DNA of 64,000 bases from Acidimicrobiales bacterium (GTDB lineage Bacteria; Actinomycetota; Acidimicrobiia; Acidimicrobiales; Acidimicrobilacustridaceae): positions 12,582-76,581 of the forward strand of contig JBIIVE010000001.1 of NCBI GenBank assembly GCA_044339605.1, given 5' to 3'. This document shows positions 1 through 11,278 of the stretch, in pieces. Under the pieces are notes generated by a model that saw only the letters and a program-made list of their open reading frames with translations, made no database searches and had not been told where the DNA came from. Position 1 is the stretch's first letter, and each line of letters begins with the position of its first letter. The translations under genes and the position numbers were made by a program.

Positions 1-530
1 AGGCGGCGGTGCGCGTCAATCACATCGTTGAGGAAGCTGGAGTTACGCCTCCGGTTCTCTACTACCACTTCGGAAATCGTGACGGCCTCGTCATCGCTGC
101 TCAGGTTGAGCGCTTCTCCCGCCAAATCCGCCAAGACGTCGAGGCTATTGGAAAACGAGTTTCGCAGTGCCAGTCACGCGCGGAACTGCAAACCGCTCTC
201 GTTGACGTCTGGGAAAAGACTCTCGCCGGGCGCGAAGAAAGTCGATGGCGTCGCGTGAGCGTGGTCGGCAGCGCGTTTGCACGCCCCGAACTTGAAGCCG
301 AAGTGCTTCGTGCACAGGATGAGATTGTCGCGGGGTTAGTTGCCGTCCTCCAACCTTGCAACGAGCGAGGCTGGCTCCGCGACGGCATCGATCTCCCTAG
401 TGCAGTCGCGTGGCAACACGGATTGCTTTTGAGTCGCGTGTTCATCGAGCGCGGCGCGCAACAAGGTGAAACCGATGAGTGGGATCAACTCACACTTGAA
501 GCTTTACAACACGCGTTCTTCGGTTCCTAA
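1..530 (+). CDS. TetR/AcrR-family transcriptional regulator (5' end cut off by the window)
   Basis: HTH motif VNHIVEEAGVTPPVLYYHFGNRDGL; the frame is open to the window edge. Confidence 0.85.
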   Translation, partial: AAVRVNHIVEEAGVTPPVLYYHFGNRDGLVIAAQVERFSRQIRQDVEAIGKRVSQCQSRAELQTALVDVWEKTLAGREESRWRRVSVVGSAFARPELEAEVLRAQDEIVAGLVAVLQPCNERGWLRDGIDLPSAVAWQHGLLLSRVFIERGAQQGETDEWDQLTLEALQHAFFGS

Positions 531-570
531 CCACCTTCACGGAACGCACGAACTACTGCTGTTTCGAACC

Positions 571-604
571 AAAACGAAAAGTGCCGCCCCCGAAGGAGCG
601 GCAC
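571..604 (-). terminator. Intrinsic terminator for the 630-1163 gene
   Basis: GTGCCGC/GCGGCAC stem (581-604) with a cUUCGg loop on the minus strand, followed by UUUUCGUUUU (571-580). Confidence 0.8.
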
Positions 605-629
605 CTGACAAACCTGGAAGCTGAATCGA

Positions 630-1163
630 TCAGCCCGTGAAGGCTGGGGCCACCGGATCGGCTGCTGGTGCAGTCGTAGTGGTCGTAGTGGTCGTGGTGG
701 TCGTCGGTGTGACCTGACCGATGGTCACGGCAAGCGAACCGGCATTGGTGTAGTCGTTCGGACCGATGTCCTGCGTGTAGAGACAGGCCTGATAGTTACC
801 TGTAGTAAGGGGAATAGCTTGAGGACCATTAGGACCCATAACCGACGTTCCAACGCCGATCGTCGCAGGGGACGCAGCCATAACTGGACCACCCTCGTTG
901 ACATAGAGGTTGAAGAGATAGGAGTTCGGGTATGCATTCACCGGACACGTTGCGCCCTCTGACAGGAACAGAAGAACCACGTCAAAGCCGGTCGGTCCAG
1001 CGACAGTACCCGAGTAGGTAACGGTGATTGAACCATTTCCGTTATCGACCATAGAAGCAGTGGCAACCGCGCTAGCGGGCGAAGCGCCGAAGATCGTGAG
1101 CGCGGAAACTGCGAGAAGTCCGGCGACCGCAAGTCGCACTGAACGAGAGAAACGAGACATCAA
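630..1163 (-). CDS. Secreted protein with poly-Thr linker and C-terminal PAFTG
   Basis: Sec-type signal peptide (…ASPASA), beta-rich body, T10 linker, ends ADPVAPAFTG. Confidence 0.8.
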   Translation of the reverse strand: MMSRFSRSVRLAVAGLLAVSALTIFGASPASAVATASMVDNGNGSITVTYSGTVAGPTGFDVVLLFLSEGATCPVNAYPNSYLFNLYVNEGGPVMAASPATIGVGTSVMGPNGPQAIPLTTGNYQACLYTQDIGPNDYTNAGSLAVTIGQVTPTTTTTTTTTTTAPAADPVAPAFTG

Positions 1164-1210
1164 AACCCCTTAGGTACTTGGACCGAACCCTCCGCCCGAT
1201 CGCTCTAAGG

Positions 1211-1240
1211 ATTATAGATAATCAACTTTGAGCCGCCCAA
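1211..1240 (-). promoter_or_regulatory. Sigma-70-type promoter of the secreted protein
   Basis: Minus strand TTGGGC-18 nt-TATAAT. Confidence 0.6.
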
Positions 1241-1288
1241 TTCAGTGGGTCATTGGGGAACGACCCAACGCACAGCCGATGAGGACGT

Positions 1289-2065
1289 CTACCAGCGCCG
1301 GCCGCGGGAGTGCATGAGTCGGCGAGTCCGTAAGCGGCGCTTGCGATACCGGAGGCCAATCACCGTGGCGGTGAGGCCGGCAAGCGCAAGAACAAAAAGG
1401 GTTTCAAGAATCTGAAGGAGCTTTCCCCGTGACGAGCTGACCTTCACCATCTGCGTGTCGCTGTCAGTGAACGAGGCGTTGTAGGTCTTTGTTGAACTCC
1501 CCGCATTCACGACGAGATTCAGATCAACCATTGACGCCGGTGGCGCCTTCTCTTCAGCCTCGATCTTTGCGAGCAATCCACCGGAAGCATCACCGCCGAG
1601 CGCTGTGGCCAACTGTTGATCGCCAAACATTGCGAGGCCTGCAGTCGTGTCGATCTGTCCGGTGACGTTGACGGATGTGGAAAAGAATTCATCCGATCGA
1701 GTGATGAGCATGTCGCGATAGGGCCCGTCGGGACCGCTTAACTGCGCGAGTAAAGCGGTCCCTTCCTCAGGCGTATCGAACGACTGATGCACGCGAATCC
1801 AGGTGAGGTCACCTTCTTTGGAAGCGGCGTCTACTTCCCAGCCTGCTTGAACAAGATCATCAGCGCGCAACGCTTGCGCCGGATCACCAACACGCTTCAA
1901 GGCGGCGTCATCGAAGCCAATGCCTTGGGTAATCGTGCCTTTCCCATCAAGACCAACATCAACCTTGGTCTCAATCTCCACTCGACAACCGGCAGCAACG
2001 AAGACGACAAGCGCGAGCAATGCGAACACTCGCGGCAGTCGACGGTTCCTCAACACAGCGCGCAA
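1289..2065 (-). CDS. Putative lipoprotein with C-terminal TM helix (LppM/DUF3153-like)
   Basis: Lipobox AAGC after a hydrophobic stretch; C-terminal hydrophobic helix and Arg-rich tail. Confidence 0.7.
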   Translation of the reverse strand: MRAVLRNRRLPRVFALLALVVFVAAGCRVEIETKVDVGLDGKGTITQGIGFDDAALKRVGDPAQALRADDLVQAGWEVDAASKEGDLTWIRVHQSFDTPEEGTALLAQLSGPDGPYRDMLITRSDEFFSTSVNVTGQIDTTAGLAMFGDQQLATALGGDASGGLLAKIEAEEKAPPASMVDLNLVVNAGSSTKTYNASFTDSDTQMVKVSSSRGKLLQILETLFVLALAGLTATVIGLRYRKRRLRTRRLMHSRGRRW

Positions 2066-2105
2066 CCTACCAGCGCAAGTGCACGGCGCCGGTCGCGCTC
2101 AACGC

Positions 2106-2138
2106 GAAAGAGCCCGGGCCCTGGGCCCGGGCTCTTTC
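2106..2138. terminator. Perfect 16-bp inverted repeat after clpC
   Basis: GAAAGAGCCCGGGCCC-T-GGGCCCGGGCTCTTTC. Confidence 0.75.
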
Positions 2139-2161
2139 AACAAGTTGGTGATGCATGTTCC

Positions 2162-4681
2162 CTATTCGGGAGCACCGGCTTCTGCCAGTTCCATGGGCGG
2201 GGGCTCGAAGCCCTCGGTGGCACGGAACACGATGATGCGTTCGCCCGTTTCGGGATCGGGTTCGGCGTCGACCACGATGTTCTGGCCGGCGCGGAACTCC
2301 TTCCACAACAAACGCTCGGAAAGCGGATCTTCGACCATGCGCTGAATGGCACGACGCAGCGGACGAGCACCCAATGTGGGGTCGTAGCCCTTGTCGGCCA
2401 GCAGCAACTTGGCAGCCTCAGTGAGTTCAAGACCAATGCCCTGACCTTCAAGCTGCTTGGTGACTCGCTTGATGAGCAGATCGACGATGGTCGTGACCTC
2501 GGGCTTAGAAAGCTCGTGGAACACGATGGTGTCGTCGATGCGGTTGAGGAACTCAGGACGGAAGTGCGCCTTGAGTGCGTCATTGACCTTTTCCTTCATG
2601 CGCTCGTACGAAACGGCTTCGTCGGCCTTACCAAAACCAATGTTGGCTTTGCGAAGATCGGCGGTGCCGAGGTTTGAGGTCATGATCAGCACGGTGTTGC
2701 GGAAGTCGACCGAACGACCTTGTGAGTCGGTGAGTCGGCCTTCTTCAAGAATCTGCAAAAACGTGTTGAAGACGTCGGGATGCGCCTTTTCGATTTCGTC
2801 GAAAAGCACAACTGAGAACGGCTTGCGACGCACTGCTTCGGTGAGCTGTCCGCCTTCTTCGTAACCGACGTATCCGGGAGGCGAACCGACGAGACGACTG
2901 ACGGTGTGCTTTTCCATGTACTCAGACATGTCGAGAGAGATGAGTGAATCTTCGTCGCCAAACAAGAACTCGGCGAGCGTCTTTGCCAGTTCAGTCTTAC
3001 CAACACCCGATGGGCCGAGGAAGATGAACGAACCAGAGGGACGCTTCGGATCTTTGAGACCTGCACGAGTACGACGGATGGCCTGGCTGACTGCCTTAAT
3101 GGCATTTTCCTGACCGATGACACGCTTGTGCAGTTCGTCTTCCATGCGCAGAAGGCGAGCAGTTTCTTCTTCAGTGAGTCTGTAAACGGGAATACCGGTC
3201 CAGAGTGAAAGCACCTCGGCGATGGCTTCTTCGTCGACCTCGTCGAAGAGATCGATGCCCGAGTCCTTCATTTCCTGCTCTTTGGTTTCTTTCTGCGCAA
3301 GCAGTTCCTTTTCGCGATCGCGCAAACGACCTGCTTCTTCGAACTGCTGCGATTCGACGGCTTCCTTCTTCTCGGTCACGACCTTGGTGATTTCGTTTTC
3401 GAGTTCCTTGAAATCGGGTGGTGTTTCCATGCGCTTAATGCGCAGACGCGAACCGGCTTCGTCGATGAGGTCGATGGCTTTGTCGGGAAGGAAACGATCG
3501 GCGATGTAGCGGTCGGCAAAGTTGGCCGCAGCAACAAGGGCCTGATCGGTGATGGTGACGCGGTGATGGGTCTCGTACCGGTCGCGCAAACCTTTGAGGA
3601 TTTCAATGGTGTGGGCGACGGTGGGCTCTTCAACCTTGATCGGCTGGAACCGACGCTCGAGTGCAGCGTCTTTTTCAAGATGCTTGCGGTACTCGTCGAG
3701 TGTGGTGGCACCAATTGTTTGCAGTTCACCACGAGCAAGCATCGGCTTGAGGATGCTTGCTGCATCGATTGCGCCTTCGGCAGCACCGGCACCAACGAGG
3801 GTGTGGATCTCGTCGATGAACAGAATGATGTCGCCACGAGTCTTGATTTCCTTGAGCACCTTCTTGAGGCGCTCTTCGAAATCACCGCGGTAACGCGAGC
3901 CGGCAACAAGCGCGCCCAGATCAAGTGTGTAGAGCTGCTTGCCGTGAAGCGTTTCCGGAACCTGATCGGCAGCGATTGCTTGCGCGAGACCTTCAACGAT
4001 TGCGGTCTTGCCGACACCAGGCTCGCCGATAAGAACAGGGTTGTTCTTGGTGCGGCGGCTGAGCACCTGCATGACGCGTTCGGTTTCGCGTGCACGACCG
4101 ATAACTGGGTCGAGCTTCTTTTCGCGAGCAAGTTGTGTGAGGTTGCGACCGAACTGATCGAGAACTGCCGAACCACTCGGTGATGCTTCGCTCGAACCGC
4201 CAGTGGCGGCTCCGGCCTTTTCGCCCTGTTGCGGACCAGGACCGGAATAGCCAGAAAGCAACTGAATGACTTGCTGGCGAACGCGGGAAAGGTCGGCGCC
4301 AAGCTTGACGAGCACCTGAGCAGCGACACCTTCGCCCTCACGAATGAGACCAAGAAGAATGTGTTCGGTGCCGATGTAGTTGTGCCCAAGTTGCAGCGCT
4401 TCGCGCAACGACAGTTCGAGCACCTTCTTGGCACGAGGCGTGAACGGGATGTGGCCGCTCGGCGATGAACCGCCCTGACCGATGATTTCTTCGACCTGCG
4501 AACGCACAGCCTCGAGCGAAATGCCCAAGGACTCGAGGGCCTTGGCGGCAACGCCTTCACCCTCGTGAATCAGCCCGAGCAAGATGTGCTCGGTGCCGAT
4601 GTAGTTGTGGTTCAGGAGGCGTGCTTCTTCCTGCGCAAGCACGACGACCCTGCGGGCCCTATCGGTGAACCGTTCAAACAC
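2162..4681 (-). CDS. clpC: ATP-dependent Clp protease ATP-binding subunit ClpC
   Basis: GTG start giving [11 protein letters not shown]; two Clp-N repeats; Walker A GEPGVGKT and GPSGVGKT; UVR-like middle domain. Confidence 0.97.
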   Translation of the reverse strand: MFERFTDRARRVVVLAQEEARLLNHNYIGTEHILLGLIHEGEGVAAKALESLGISLEAVRSQVEEIIGQGGSSPSGHIPFTPRAKKVLELSLREALQLGHNYIGTEHILLGLIREGEGVAAQVLVKLGADLSRVRQQVIQLLSGYSGPGPQQGEKAGAATGGSSEASPSGSAVLDQFGRNLTQLAREKKLDPVIGRARETERVMQVLSRRTKNNPVLIGEPGVGKTAIVEGLAQAIAADQVPETLHGKQLYTLDLGALVAGSRYRGDFEERLKKVLKEIKTRGDIILFIDEIHTLVGAGAAEGAIDAASILKPMLARGELQTIGATTLDEYRKHLEKDAALERRFQPIKVEEPTVAHTIEILKGLRDRYETHHRVTITDQALVAAANFADRYIADRFLPDKAIDLIDEAGSRLRIKRMETPPDFKELENEITKVVTEKKEAVESQQFEEAGRLRDREKELLAQKETKEQEMKDSGIDLFDEVDEEAIAEVLSLWTGIPVYRLTEEETARLLRMEDELHKRVIGQENAIKAVSQAIRRTRAGLKDPKRPSGSFIFLGPSGVGKTELAKTLAEFLFGDEDSLISLDMSEYMEKHTVSRLVGSPPGYVGYEEGGQLTEAVRRKPFSVVLFDEIEKAHPDVFNTFLQILEEGRLTDSQGRSVDFRNTVLIMTSNLGTADLRKANIGFGKADEAVSYERMKEKVNDALKAHFRPEFLNRIDDTIVFHELSKPEVTTIVDLLIKRVTKQLEGQGIGLELTEAAKLLLADKGYDPTLGARPLRRAIQRMVEDPLSERLLWKEFRAGQNIVVDAEPDPETGERIIVFRATEGFEPPPMELAEAGAPE

Positions 4682-4842
4682 TTTGTGACCTGCTTCCCAG
4701 ACGGGGATACGTGGAGCGAGTGTACCCATGACGATCGCGATCACCTCGTCGGAAATGAAGGTCCGAGGTGCCTTTGTCACAGGTGGACTCGACCTTGTCC
4801 CCGGGTTGAGGTTGGAACGGGCTACGGGCCTATCGTGGCGAC

Positions 4843-5868
4843 ATGGCCGGTGCCTCACCCCTCCTCCAGCTTCCCGTTCTGCAAGGGGATCTTGCGCGGG
4901 TCGAGGACGCACTGCAGGCCTCGGTCGTTACCGAGGACCCATTCCTTACTGAGGTTGCCAGCCACCTGATTTTGGCCGGCGGCAAGCGGGTTCGCCCCGC
5001 CTTCACCGTGACCTCCGCGGCCACCTCCGATGCCGTGATGAGCGCCGCCACCCCCGACGTCATCATGGGCGCCGTCTCCGTTGAGCTCGTGCACCTCGGT
5101 TCGCTCTATCACGACGACGTCATGGACGATGCCACCACGCGTCGCACCGTTGAAAGCGTGAATGCTCGTTGGGGCAATCTCAAAGCGATCCTTGCCGGCG
5201 ACTACTTGCTGGCGAAAGCTTCCGAGATCGCGGCATCCCTCGGCACTGAAGTTGCTGGTTTGCTCGCTGCAACCATCGCCAAGTTGTGCGAAGGCCAAAT
5301 CCTTGAACTGCAACACGCGTTCAATCAGCAGCGCACCGAAGACGCGTACCTGCGTTCCATCGATGGCAAGACCGCGTCGTTGCTCGGCACTGCGTGTCGG
5401 GTCGGAGCGATTGTTGGCGGACTCCCCCGTCCGCAGATCGATGCACTCACCACGTTCGGCAACTCGTTCGGAATGGCGTTTCAAATCGTCGACGACCTTC
5501 TCGACGTCACCTCCACCGATGAAGAACTCGGTAAGCCCGCAGGTCACGACCTCGTTGAAGGCACCTACACGCTTCCCATCATCCGCACGCTTGCTGCAGG
5601 TGGCGCCGAAGCCGACGAACTTCGTTCGCTTCTGGTGAAACTCGCACCCACCGACGGTTCCATCGAACCAGTCGACGATCCCGACACACTTGCGCTGGCT
5701 CGCACACTGTTGCGTTCGTCGCCGTCGGTACGCGGTTCACTCGACACCGCCCGTGCATATGTCGAATCAGGACAACGTGCACTTGCGCCCTATGCCGGCA
5801 CCGAAGCTGTCACTGCTCTTGAAGCAGCCGCCGAGCACTTGCTCGGAACTGTCCGCGCTGCTGTCTAG
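4843..5868 (+). CDS. Long-chain polyprenyl diphosphate synthase
   Basis: GGKRVRP and two DDxxD motifs (HDDVMDD, VDDLLD). Confidence 0.93.
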   Translation: MAGASPLLQLPVLQGDLARVEDALQASVVTEDPFLTEVASHLILAGGKRVRPAFTVTSAATSDAVMSAATPDVIMGAVSVELVHLGSLYHDDVMDDATTRRTVESVNARWGNLKAILAGDYLLAKASEIAASLGTEVAGLLAATIAKLCEGQILELQHAFNQQRTEDAYLRSIDGKTASLLGTACRVGAIVGGLPRPQIDALTTFGNSFGMAFQIVDDLLDVTSTDEELGKPAGHDLVEGTYTLPIIRTLAAGGAEADELRSLLVKLAPTDGSIEPVDDPDTLALARTLLRSSPSVRGSLDTARAYVESGQRALAPYAGTEAVTALEAAAEHLLGTVRAAV

Positions 5869-5884
5869 TTGTAACCGAAAGAAC

Positions 5885-6697
5885 TCAGACGTTCTTTTCG
5901 TAAATCAACCGAAGGCCGTGAAGCGTGAGCCACGGTTCGGTGTGTTGGATGCGCTTTGAGAACGGCGTGATCGTTTCAGCAAGCCCACCGGTGGAAATCA
6001 CTGTGCAGGTGCCAAGTTCTGCTTCGATGCGATCGCATAATCCATCGACCTGCGCTGCAAATCCATACACCGCGCCTGACTGAATCGACTCAACCGTTGA
6101 CTTTCCCAGCACATTGCGGGGTTCGTTGAGTTCAACCGCACGCAGTGCAGAGGCACGGCCCACAAGAGCATCCATAGAGATTTCAATACCGGGTGCAATT
6201 GCGCCGCCGAGATACACCCCATCTTCCGAAACCGCGTCGCAAGTTGTTGCGGTGCCGAAATCAGCGATGATCGTTGGGCCGCCGTAGAGGTCGTACGCGC
6301 CAACAGCATTTGCAATGCGGTCGGCACCAACCTCTTTGGGATTGTCATAATCGATGCGAATGCCGGAGCGAATGCCGGGTCCAACCACGATTGGTTCAAA
6401 GTCGAAGTGGCGATCAGTGACCTGACGAAGCGTTGCTGTGACGCGAGGAACGCCTGATGAAATGACGATGCCATCGATGTCGCTGAAACTGTTGCGACGA
6501 AGGGCGAGGAAACCCTGCAACATGACGGCGTATTCATCGCTTGTTCGATCGGCTGCAGTCGAGATGCGCCAGTGATCGAGCAAGCCAGCTTCGGGACGAC
6601 GTCCAGCAGACGTTCCGCCATCAAGTTCGTAAAGCCCGACGACAGTTTGTGTATTTCCTGCATCAACTGCGAGAAGCATTCGTTGATCCTCCGTCAT
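5885..6697 (-). CDS. coaX: Type III pantothenate kinase
   Basis: DAGNT, GADRIAN, DFGTATT, GGAIAPG motifs. Confidence 0.95.
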   Translation of the reverse strand: MTEDQRMLLAVDAGNTQTVVGLYELDGGTSAGRRPEAGLLDHWRISTAADRTSDEYAVMLQGFLALRRNSFSDIDGIVISSGVPRVTATLRQVTDRHFDFEPIVVGPGIRSGIRIDYDNPKEVGADRIANAVGAYDLYGGPTIIADFGTATTCDAVSEDGVYLGGAIAPGIEISMDALVGRASALRAVELNEPRNVLGKSTVESIQSGAVYGFAAQVDGLCDRIEAELGTCTVISTGGLAETITPFSKRIQHTEPWLTLHGLRLIYEKNV

Positions 6698-7554
6698 GCG
6701 GGATCGATATCAAGCCCGATGTCGAGCACCGGCGCAGAGTTTGTGAGACCGCCGACCGAAATGCAGTCGACACCTGCTGCGCTGTAGGCAGCAATTGTTT
6801 CGAGCGTGATGCCACCCGATGCTTCAAGCAACGGGCGACGATGCGATGCAGACGCAACAGCAACGCATTCGCGAATCTGATCAGGGGTCATGTTGTCGAG
6901 CAGCAATGCATCGGCACCGGCGGCCAACGCTTCATTCACCTGTTCGATGGTGTCGCATTCGACGTGAACGGTGCGTGCTGGCCACATCGAACGTGAACGA
7001 GCCACGGCATCGGTAATTCCGAACAACGCGATGTGGTTGTCCTTCAACAAGATCCAGTCGGAAAGGTTGCCGCGATGGTTGCGACCACCGCCGGCGCGCA
7101 CGGCAGCTTTTTCGAGAACTCGAAGACCCGGAGTGGTCTTGCGTGTATCCCATACGTAAGCAGTTCCACCCTTTGCTGCTTCAACCACGTACTCGCTCGT
7201 GAGCGTTGCGATTCCGGAAAGGTGTCCAAGAAAATTCAGCGCCGTGCGCTCTGCGGTAAGGATCGAAGCGAGTCGACCAGTTGCGGTGGCGATCAACGTG
7301 CCGGGACCAACGCAGTCGCCATCGTCGAGCGACCACGCGAGCGACACCGTCGGATCAACCTGCACAAATGTTTCGGCGGCGCAGGCTCGGCCGGCGATGA
7401 CACCTGTCGTGCGAGCCACAAAGCGGGCGGTTGCAACGAGGTCCTGCGGAAGAAGCGCAGAGGTGAGGTCGCCGAGAGGGGTGAGATCCTCGGCGAGAGC
7501 GCGTTCAACCGCGTCGACGACAACGACTCGGGGCGGCTGGAGCAGATCGGACAT
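6694..7554 (-). CDS. nadC: Nicotinate-nucleotide diphosphorylase (QPRTase)
   Basis: ERTALNFL, DTRKTTPG, LLKDNHI, LLDN; start refined to MSDLLQPP. Confidence 0.95.
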   Translation of the reverse strand: MSDLLQPPRVVVVDAVERALAEDLTPLGDLTSALLPQDLVATARFVARTTGVIAGRACAAETFVQVDPTVSLAWSLDDGDCVGPGTLIATATGRLASILTAERTALNFLGHLSGIATLTSEYVVEAAKGGTAYVWDTRKTTPGLRVLEKAAVRAGGGRNHRGNLSDWILLKDNHIALFGITDAVARSRSMWPARTVHVECDTIEQVNEALAAGADALLLDNMTPDQIRECVAVASASHRRPLLEASGGITLETIAAYSAAGVDCISVGGLTNSAPVLDIGLDIDPA

Positions 7555-7595
7555 TCCCAAAGCCTGCCCTGCCGAGCCCGATCGGGGCGAACCGG

Positions 7596-9158
7596 TCAGC
7601 CGATCACCAATCGCAGAGCCAGATCTGGGTCGGTTTCGGGCCAATCGTCACGGGTATGCGCGCCACGGCTTTCGGTCCGGGCATCGGCCGCAACCAGCAG
7701 CGCCGAGGCAACCGCAGCGAGATTGGCCAGTTCCCACGAAGCAACCCCTGAACCATTGGCGAGGCCTCGGGCATGATCGACCTTGCGCTCGGTGGCCTCC
7801 AAGGAGGTTGCGTCGCGCACCACGCCAGCACCAACCGTCATTGCCCACTGCATGTCGTCTCGAGCGGTTGCGATCGCGTCGGCATCCCCGGGGGCTCCTG
7901 CTGAAAGCGGTGCAGGTGTCGTCCAGCCTTCGAGTCGCCGGCCGCCATCACCGTGAAGCGCACGCATCGCGCCAGTTCGATCGGGGCCTTCACTGCCGCT
8001 TTCGATTGCTTCGACGACGCGCGCACCAAAGACCATGCCTTCAAGCAAAGAGTTGGACGCCAATCGATTCGCACCGTGCACGCCCGAACACGCAACTTCG
8101 CCAGCTGCCCACAGCCCCGGAAGGCTGCTCGCGCCCTTCAGGTCGGTGACAACTCCCCCGCACAAGTAATGCGCAGCCGGCGCAATCGGCAGAAGATCGG
8201 TAGCGGGATCAAAATCAAGGCCGCTGAGCATTGCGGCAATAGTTGGAAAACGAACGTCGAACTGATCGAGGCCCGACACGTCGAGCAAACAATGATCGGT
8301 ATGGAGTTCGATCATTCGTCGAACCATCGCCCGACTGACCTGATCGCGTGGAAGCATTTCGTCAACAAATCGTTCGCCATTGATGTCACGAATCAGCGCG
8401 CCGTGGCCACGCAATGCTTCCGACAATAACGGCCGAGGCATCCGCTGATGATGCAGTGCCGTGGGATGGAACTGAACGAACTCGACATCAGCAACTGCTG
8501 CGCCAGCGCGCAATGCCATGGCGATTCCGTCGCCGGTTGCTTCGAGAGGATTCGTCGTGACCGAGAAGATCTGCCCAGCACCACCTGAAGCAAGCAACAC
8601 GTTGCGAGCACGAACAGTTTCGACTGTTCCGTCGGCGAGCGAGGCGCGTACGCCAACACAGCGACCGTTCTCGATCACAAGATCAAGCGCGAATGCGTGT
8701 TCGTGAATTTCCGTTGCTTCGCTTCGAACCGCAGCCACGAGTGCTCGTTCGATTTCGGCACCAGTTGCGACACCACCAGCATGAACAATTCGAGGAAGCG
8801 AATGTCCACCTTCACGAGCGAGTTCAAACTTTCCGTCGGCATCGCGGTCAAACCGCGCGCCAAGAGCGACAAGATCACGAACGCGAACTGGTCCTTCTTC
8901 AACCAACACACGAACGGCATCGACATCGCAAAGTCCTGCACCTGCAGCCAGGGTGTCGGCCAAATGCAGATCGGTGGAATCGGGATCACCACCGAGAACG
9001 GCGGCAACGCCACCTTGGGCCCAACGCGTGGTTGATTGTTCCAACGGGCCCTTGGTGAGCACTCCAACACGAACCCCGGGCTGGGCTGCGGCCCGCACTG
9101 CAGCCGAGAGTCCGGCCACGCCGGAACCCACCACGAGAAGATCGAGTTCGGCGGTCAC
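7596..9158 (-). CDS. nadB: L-aspartate oxidase
   Basis: GSGVAG FAD motif, AQGGVAA, REGGHS, QFHPT, HGANRLASNSL; start approximate. Confidence 0.95.
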   Translation of the reverse strand: MTAELDLLVVGSGVAGLSAAVRAAAQPGVRVGVLTKGPLEQSTTRWAQGGVAAVLGGDPDSTDLHLADTLAAGAGLCDVDAVRVLVEEGPVRVRDLVALGARFDRDADGKFELAREGGHSLPRIVHAGGVATGAEIERALVAAVRSEATEIHEHAFALDLVIENGRCVGVRASLADGTVETVRARNVLLASGGAGQIFSVTTNPLEATGDGIAMALRAGAAVADVEFVQFHPTALHHQRMPRPLLSEALRGHGALIRDINGERFVDEMLPRDQVSRAMVRRMIELHTDHCLLDVSGLDQFDVRFPTIAAMLSGLDFDPATDLLPIAPAAHYLCGGVVTDLKGASSLPGLWAAGEVACSGVHGANRLASNSLLEGMVFGARVVEAIESGSEGPDRTGAMRALHGDGGRRLEGWTTPAPLSAGAPGDADAIATARDDMQWAMTVGAGVVRDATSLEATERKVDHARGLANGSGVASWELANLAAVASALLVAADARTESRGAHTRDDWPETDPDLALRLVIG

Positions 9159-9186
9159 AGATGAGCAGTCTGACCGAAGAACGGGT

Positions 9187-9585
9187 TCAGGCCCGGAATC
9201 GAACGGGAGATTCTTCGGCAGCAATGGTCACGGCTTCGAATTCATCGATGATTCGATTCGTTCCATCAACATGCACGACTCGGGGCGTGTAGTCCTCAAG
9301 CTCTGCTTCGTCGTAGTCCGCGTAGGTGATCACGATGATCCGGTCGCCCGGCTGCACCAAGCGCGCTGCGGCCCCATTCAGACACACCGTGCCCGGACCG
9401 CCCGGGATGGCGTAGGTCTCAAACCGCGCGCCGTTGTCGATATCGACAACCTGCACCTGCTCCCATTCACGAATGTCGGCTTGCTCCATCAATTGCGTGT
9501 CGAGGGTGATGGAACCTACGTAGTGGAGGTTGGCGTCAGTAATGCGAGCGCGGTGGATCTTTGATTTCATCATTCGTCGATGCAT
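9187..9585 (-). CDS. panD: Aspartate 1-decarboxylase
   Basis: MMKSKIHRA, self-cleavage site YVG|SIT, LNGAAAR; RBS AAGGAG. Confidence 0.97.
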   Translation of the reverse strand: MHRRMMKSKIHRARITDANLHYVGSITLDTQLMEQADIREWEQVQVVDIDNGARFETYAIPGGPGTVCLNGAAARLVQPGDRIIVITYADYDEAELEDYTPRVVHVDGTNRIIDEFEAVTIAAEESPVRFRA

Positions 9586-9638
9586 CGTCTGCTCCTTCAG
9601 CTTGGCGCCGCGTGCGGTCACCGTGCGGGTGTTACTTC

Positions 9639-10496
9639 CTACGGTACGTCGACACCGAGGTTGTCGAGTAATCGCGGTGATCCGACCTTGGCTACCATGA
9701 GTAATCGAACGTTTGTGCCACGTAGGAGTTCGGCCGGCGTAAGCAGCGAGTCGGGATCAACAACCACTGCATAGTCGAGTTCGGCGAGGGGTTCGGCTTC
9801 AATAATTGACGCCATATGCGCTTCGATCACTGCAGGATCGCTTTCGCCCGCCGAGATCATCGCCGCACCCGCCCGAAGTGCCCGGCTGATCACAGTGGCC
9901 GCTTCACGCTCCGATGACGACAAATAGATGTTGCGGCTCGACATCGCCAAACCATCGGCCTCGCGAACGATGGGGCATCCAATAACAGTGACGGGTTGGT
10001 CGAGATCGGCGGCCATGCGGCGAACGACGGCAAGTTGCTGGAAGTCCTTCTCGCCGAAATAGGCGCGGCTCGGACCAGCGATGTTGAACAACTTCGTGAC
10101 AACGGTTGTAACTCCATCGAAATGCGTTGGTCGACTCGCGCCTTCCATCCCAAGAGTCAGTTGGTCGACATGAACCGTGCTGAGGGTCGGTTCCGGGTAC
10201 ATCTCGTCGGTGCTCGGCGTGAACACGACATCGGCGCCCACTTCTTCCGCGAGTTCCAGGTCGCGGTCGAGTGGTCGCGGGTAGGCACTGAGGTCTTCGC
10301 CTGCACCGAACTGCAGTGGATTCACAAAGATCGTGAGAGCAACGACATCGCAATCAGCGGCAGCGGCGCGAAGCAATGACAAATGTCCCTCGTGCAACGC
10401 GCCCATCGTCGGTACGAGCCCGACCGTTCGCCCGAGGGCGCGAACGTTTTCGAGGTATTCGCGAAACTCAGCCTTCGTGGACAGGACCAGCATCAA
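9639..10496 (-). CDS. panC: Pantoate-beta-alanine ligase
   Basis: [30 protein letters not shown]. Confidence 0.97.
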   Translation of the reverse strand: MMLVLSTKAEFREYLENVRALGRTVGLVPTMGALHEGHLSLLRAAAADCDVVALTIFVNPLQFGAGEDLSAYPRPLDRDLELAEEVGADVVFTPSTDEMYPEPTLSTVHVDQLTLGMEGASRPTHFDGVTTVVTKLFNIAGPSRAYFGEKDFQQLAVVRRMAADLDQPVTVIGCPIVREADGLAMSSRNIYLSSSEREAATVISRALRAGAAMISAGESDPAVIEAHMASIIEAEPLAELDYAVVVDPDSLLTPAELLRGTNVRLLMVAKVGSPRLLDNLGVDVP

Positions 10497-11278
10497 GATT
10501 CCGTTCGGGGGTTCGTCGGTTGCACTGCATCGGCACCACCAGTTCGCGAGTCCACCACGCGTCGGGCCGCTTCGACCAATGCGTCGTACAACGCGAGCTC
10601 TGATGGGTCGATGGCTTCTCGATGACGAGCAACGGTCTCCCAGTCGCCCCTGGCGACAGGACCAGTGAGGGCGTCGGCAACACCCAAGTCTTCGATGTTG
10701 TCGATCGTGGCACGAACAAGTTCGAGATATGCGCCGAGCGGCACACCCGCCGAGGCGGCAACTCGTTCGGCCGACCCAAGCAACGCGACAACGTGATTCG
10801 AAGCGATCGCTGCGGCCGCGTGGTACGCAACTCGATGTTCGTCGTTCACAACGAACGAGCGACCACCAAGCGCAGTCACCACCGATTCAACGATCACCAT
10901 TGCTTCGTCGCTACTTGCATCGAGCGCAAACCACGCTCCCCGAGCGAGGCGCTCAGCACCGACTTCGGCGGTTGGCATGGACGTCAGTGGATGTAGTGCC
11001 GCTCGCAATGGATGCGTTGCCAAGACGTCAAGCCCGCGTGCTCCTGAAAGATGAGCGACCACGGTTGTCTCGATTGGCGTAATCGAAGCAGCAACTTCCT
11101 CGATCGCTGCGTCTGGCGTCGCGATCAGCAAAAGATCTACGTCTTTTGCAGCGTCGGCAAGAAGATCGCCACGGCGAACGGGTGCAAGCACCGTCCAACC
11201 AACCTTCGTCAACGCACTTGAGAGTGCGCCACCGGCCCGGCCCGGCCCGACAACCCGGACCGAGTGGTTCGAGTTCAT
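10493..11278 (-). CDS. Rossmann-like + DUF2520 protein (PanG-type ketopantoate reductase)
   Basis: GPGRAG, HLSG, YHAAA, LTGPVARGD; ATGA-coupled to folK; lies before panC. Confidence 0.85.
   Translation of the reverse strand: MNSNHSVRVVGPGRAGGALSSALTKVGWTVLAPVRRGDLLADAAKDVDLLLIATPDAAIEEVAASITPIETTVVAHLSGARGLDVLATHPLRAALHPLTSMPTAEVGAERLARGAWFALDASSDEAMVIVESVVTALGGRSFVVNDEHRVAYHAAAAIASNHVVALLGSAERVAASAGVPLGAYLELVRATIDNIEDLGVADALTGPVARGDWETVARHREAIDPSELALYDALVEAARRVVDSRTGGADAVQPTNPRTES

Noticed and set aside
670-712. Short tandem GTAGTG/GTCGTG repeats
   Set aside because: They encode the poly-Thr linker; not a CRISPR or regulatory array
1787-4560. Long alternative-frame or antisense ORFs over clpC (for example 1787-2677 +, 3376-4560 -, 3563-4183 +)
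   Set aside because: Shadow ORFs expected at high GC; they overlap a fully conserved gene and show no motifs. The same applies to most overlapping ORFs in the track
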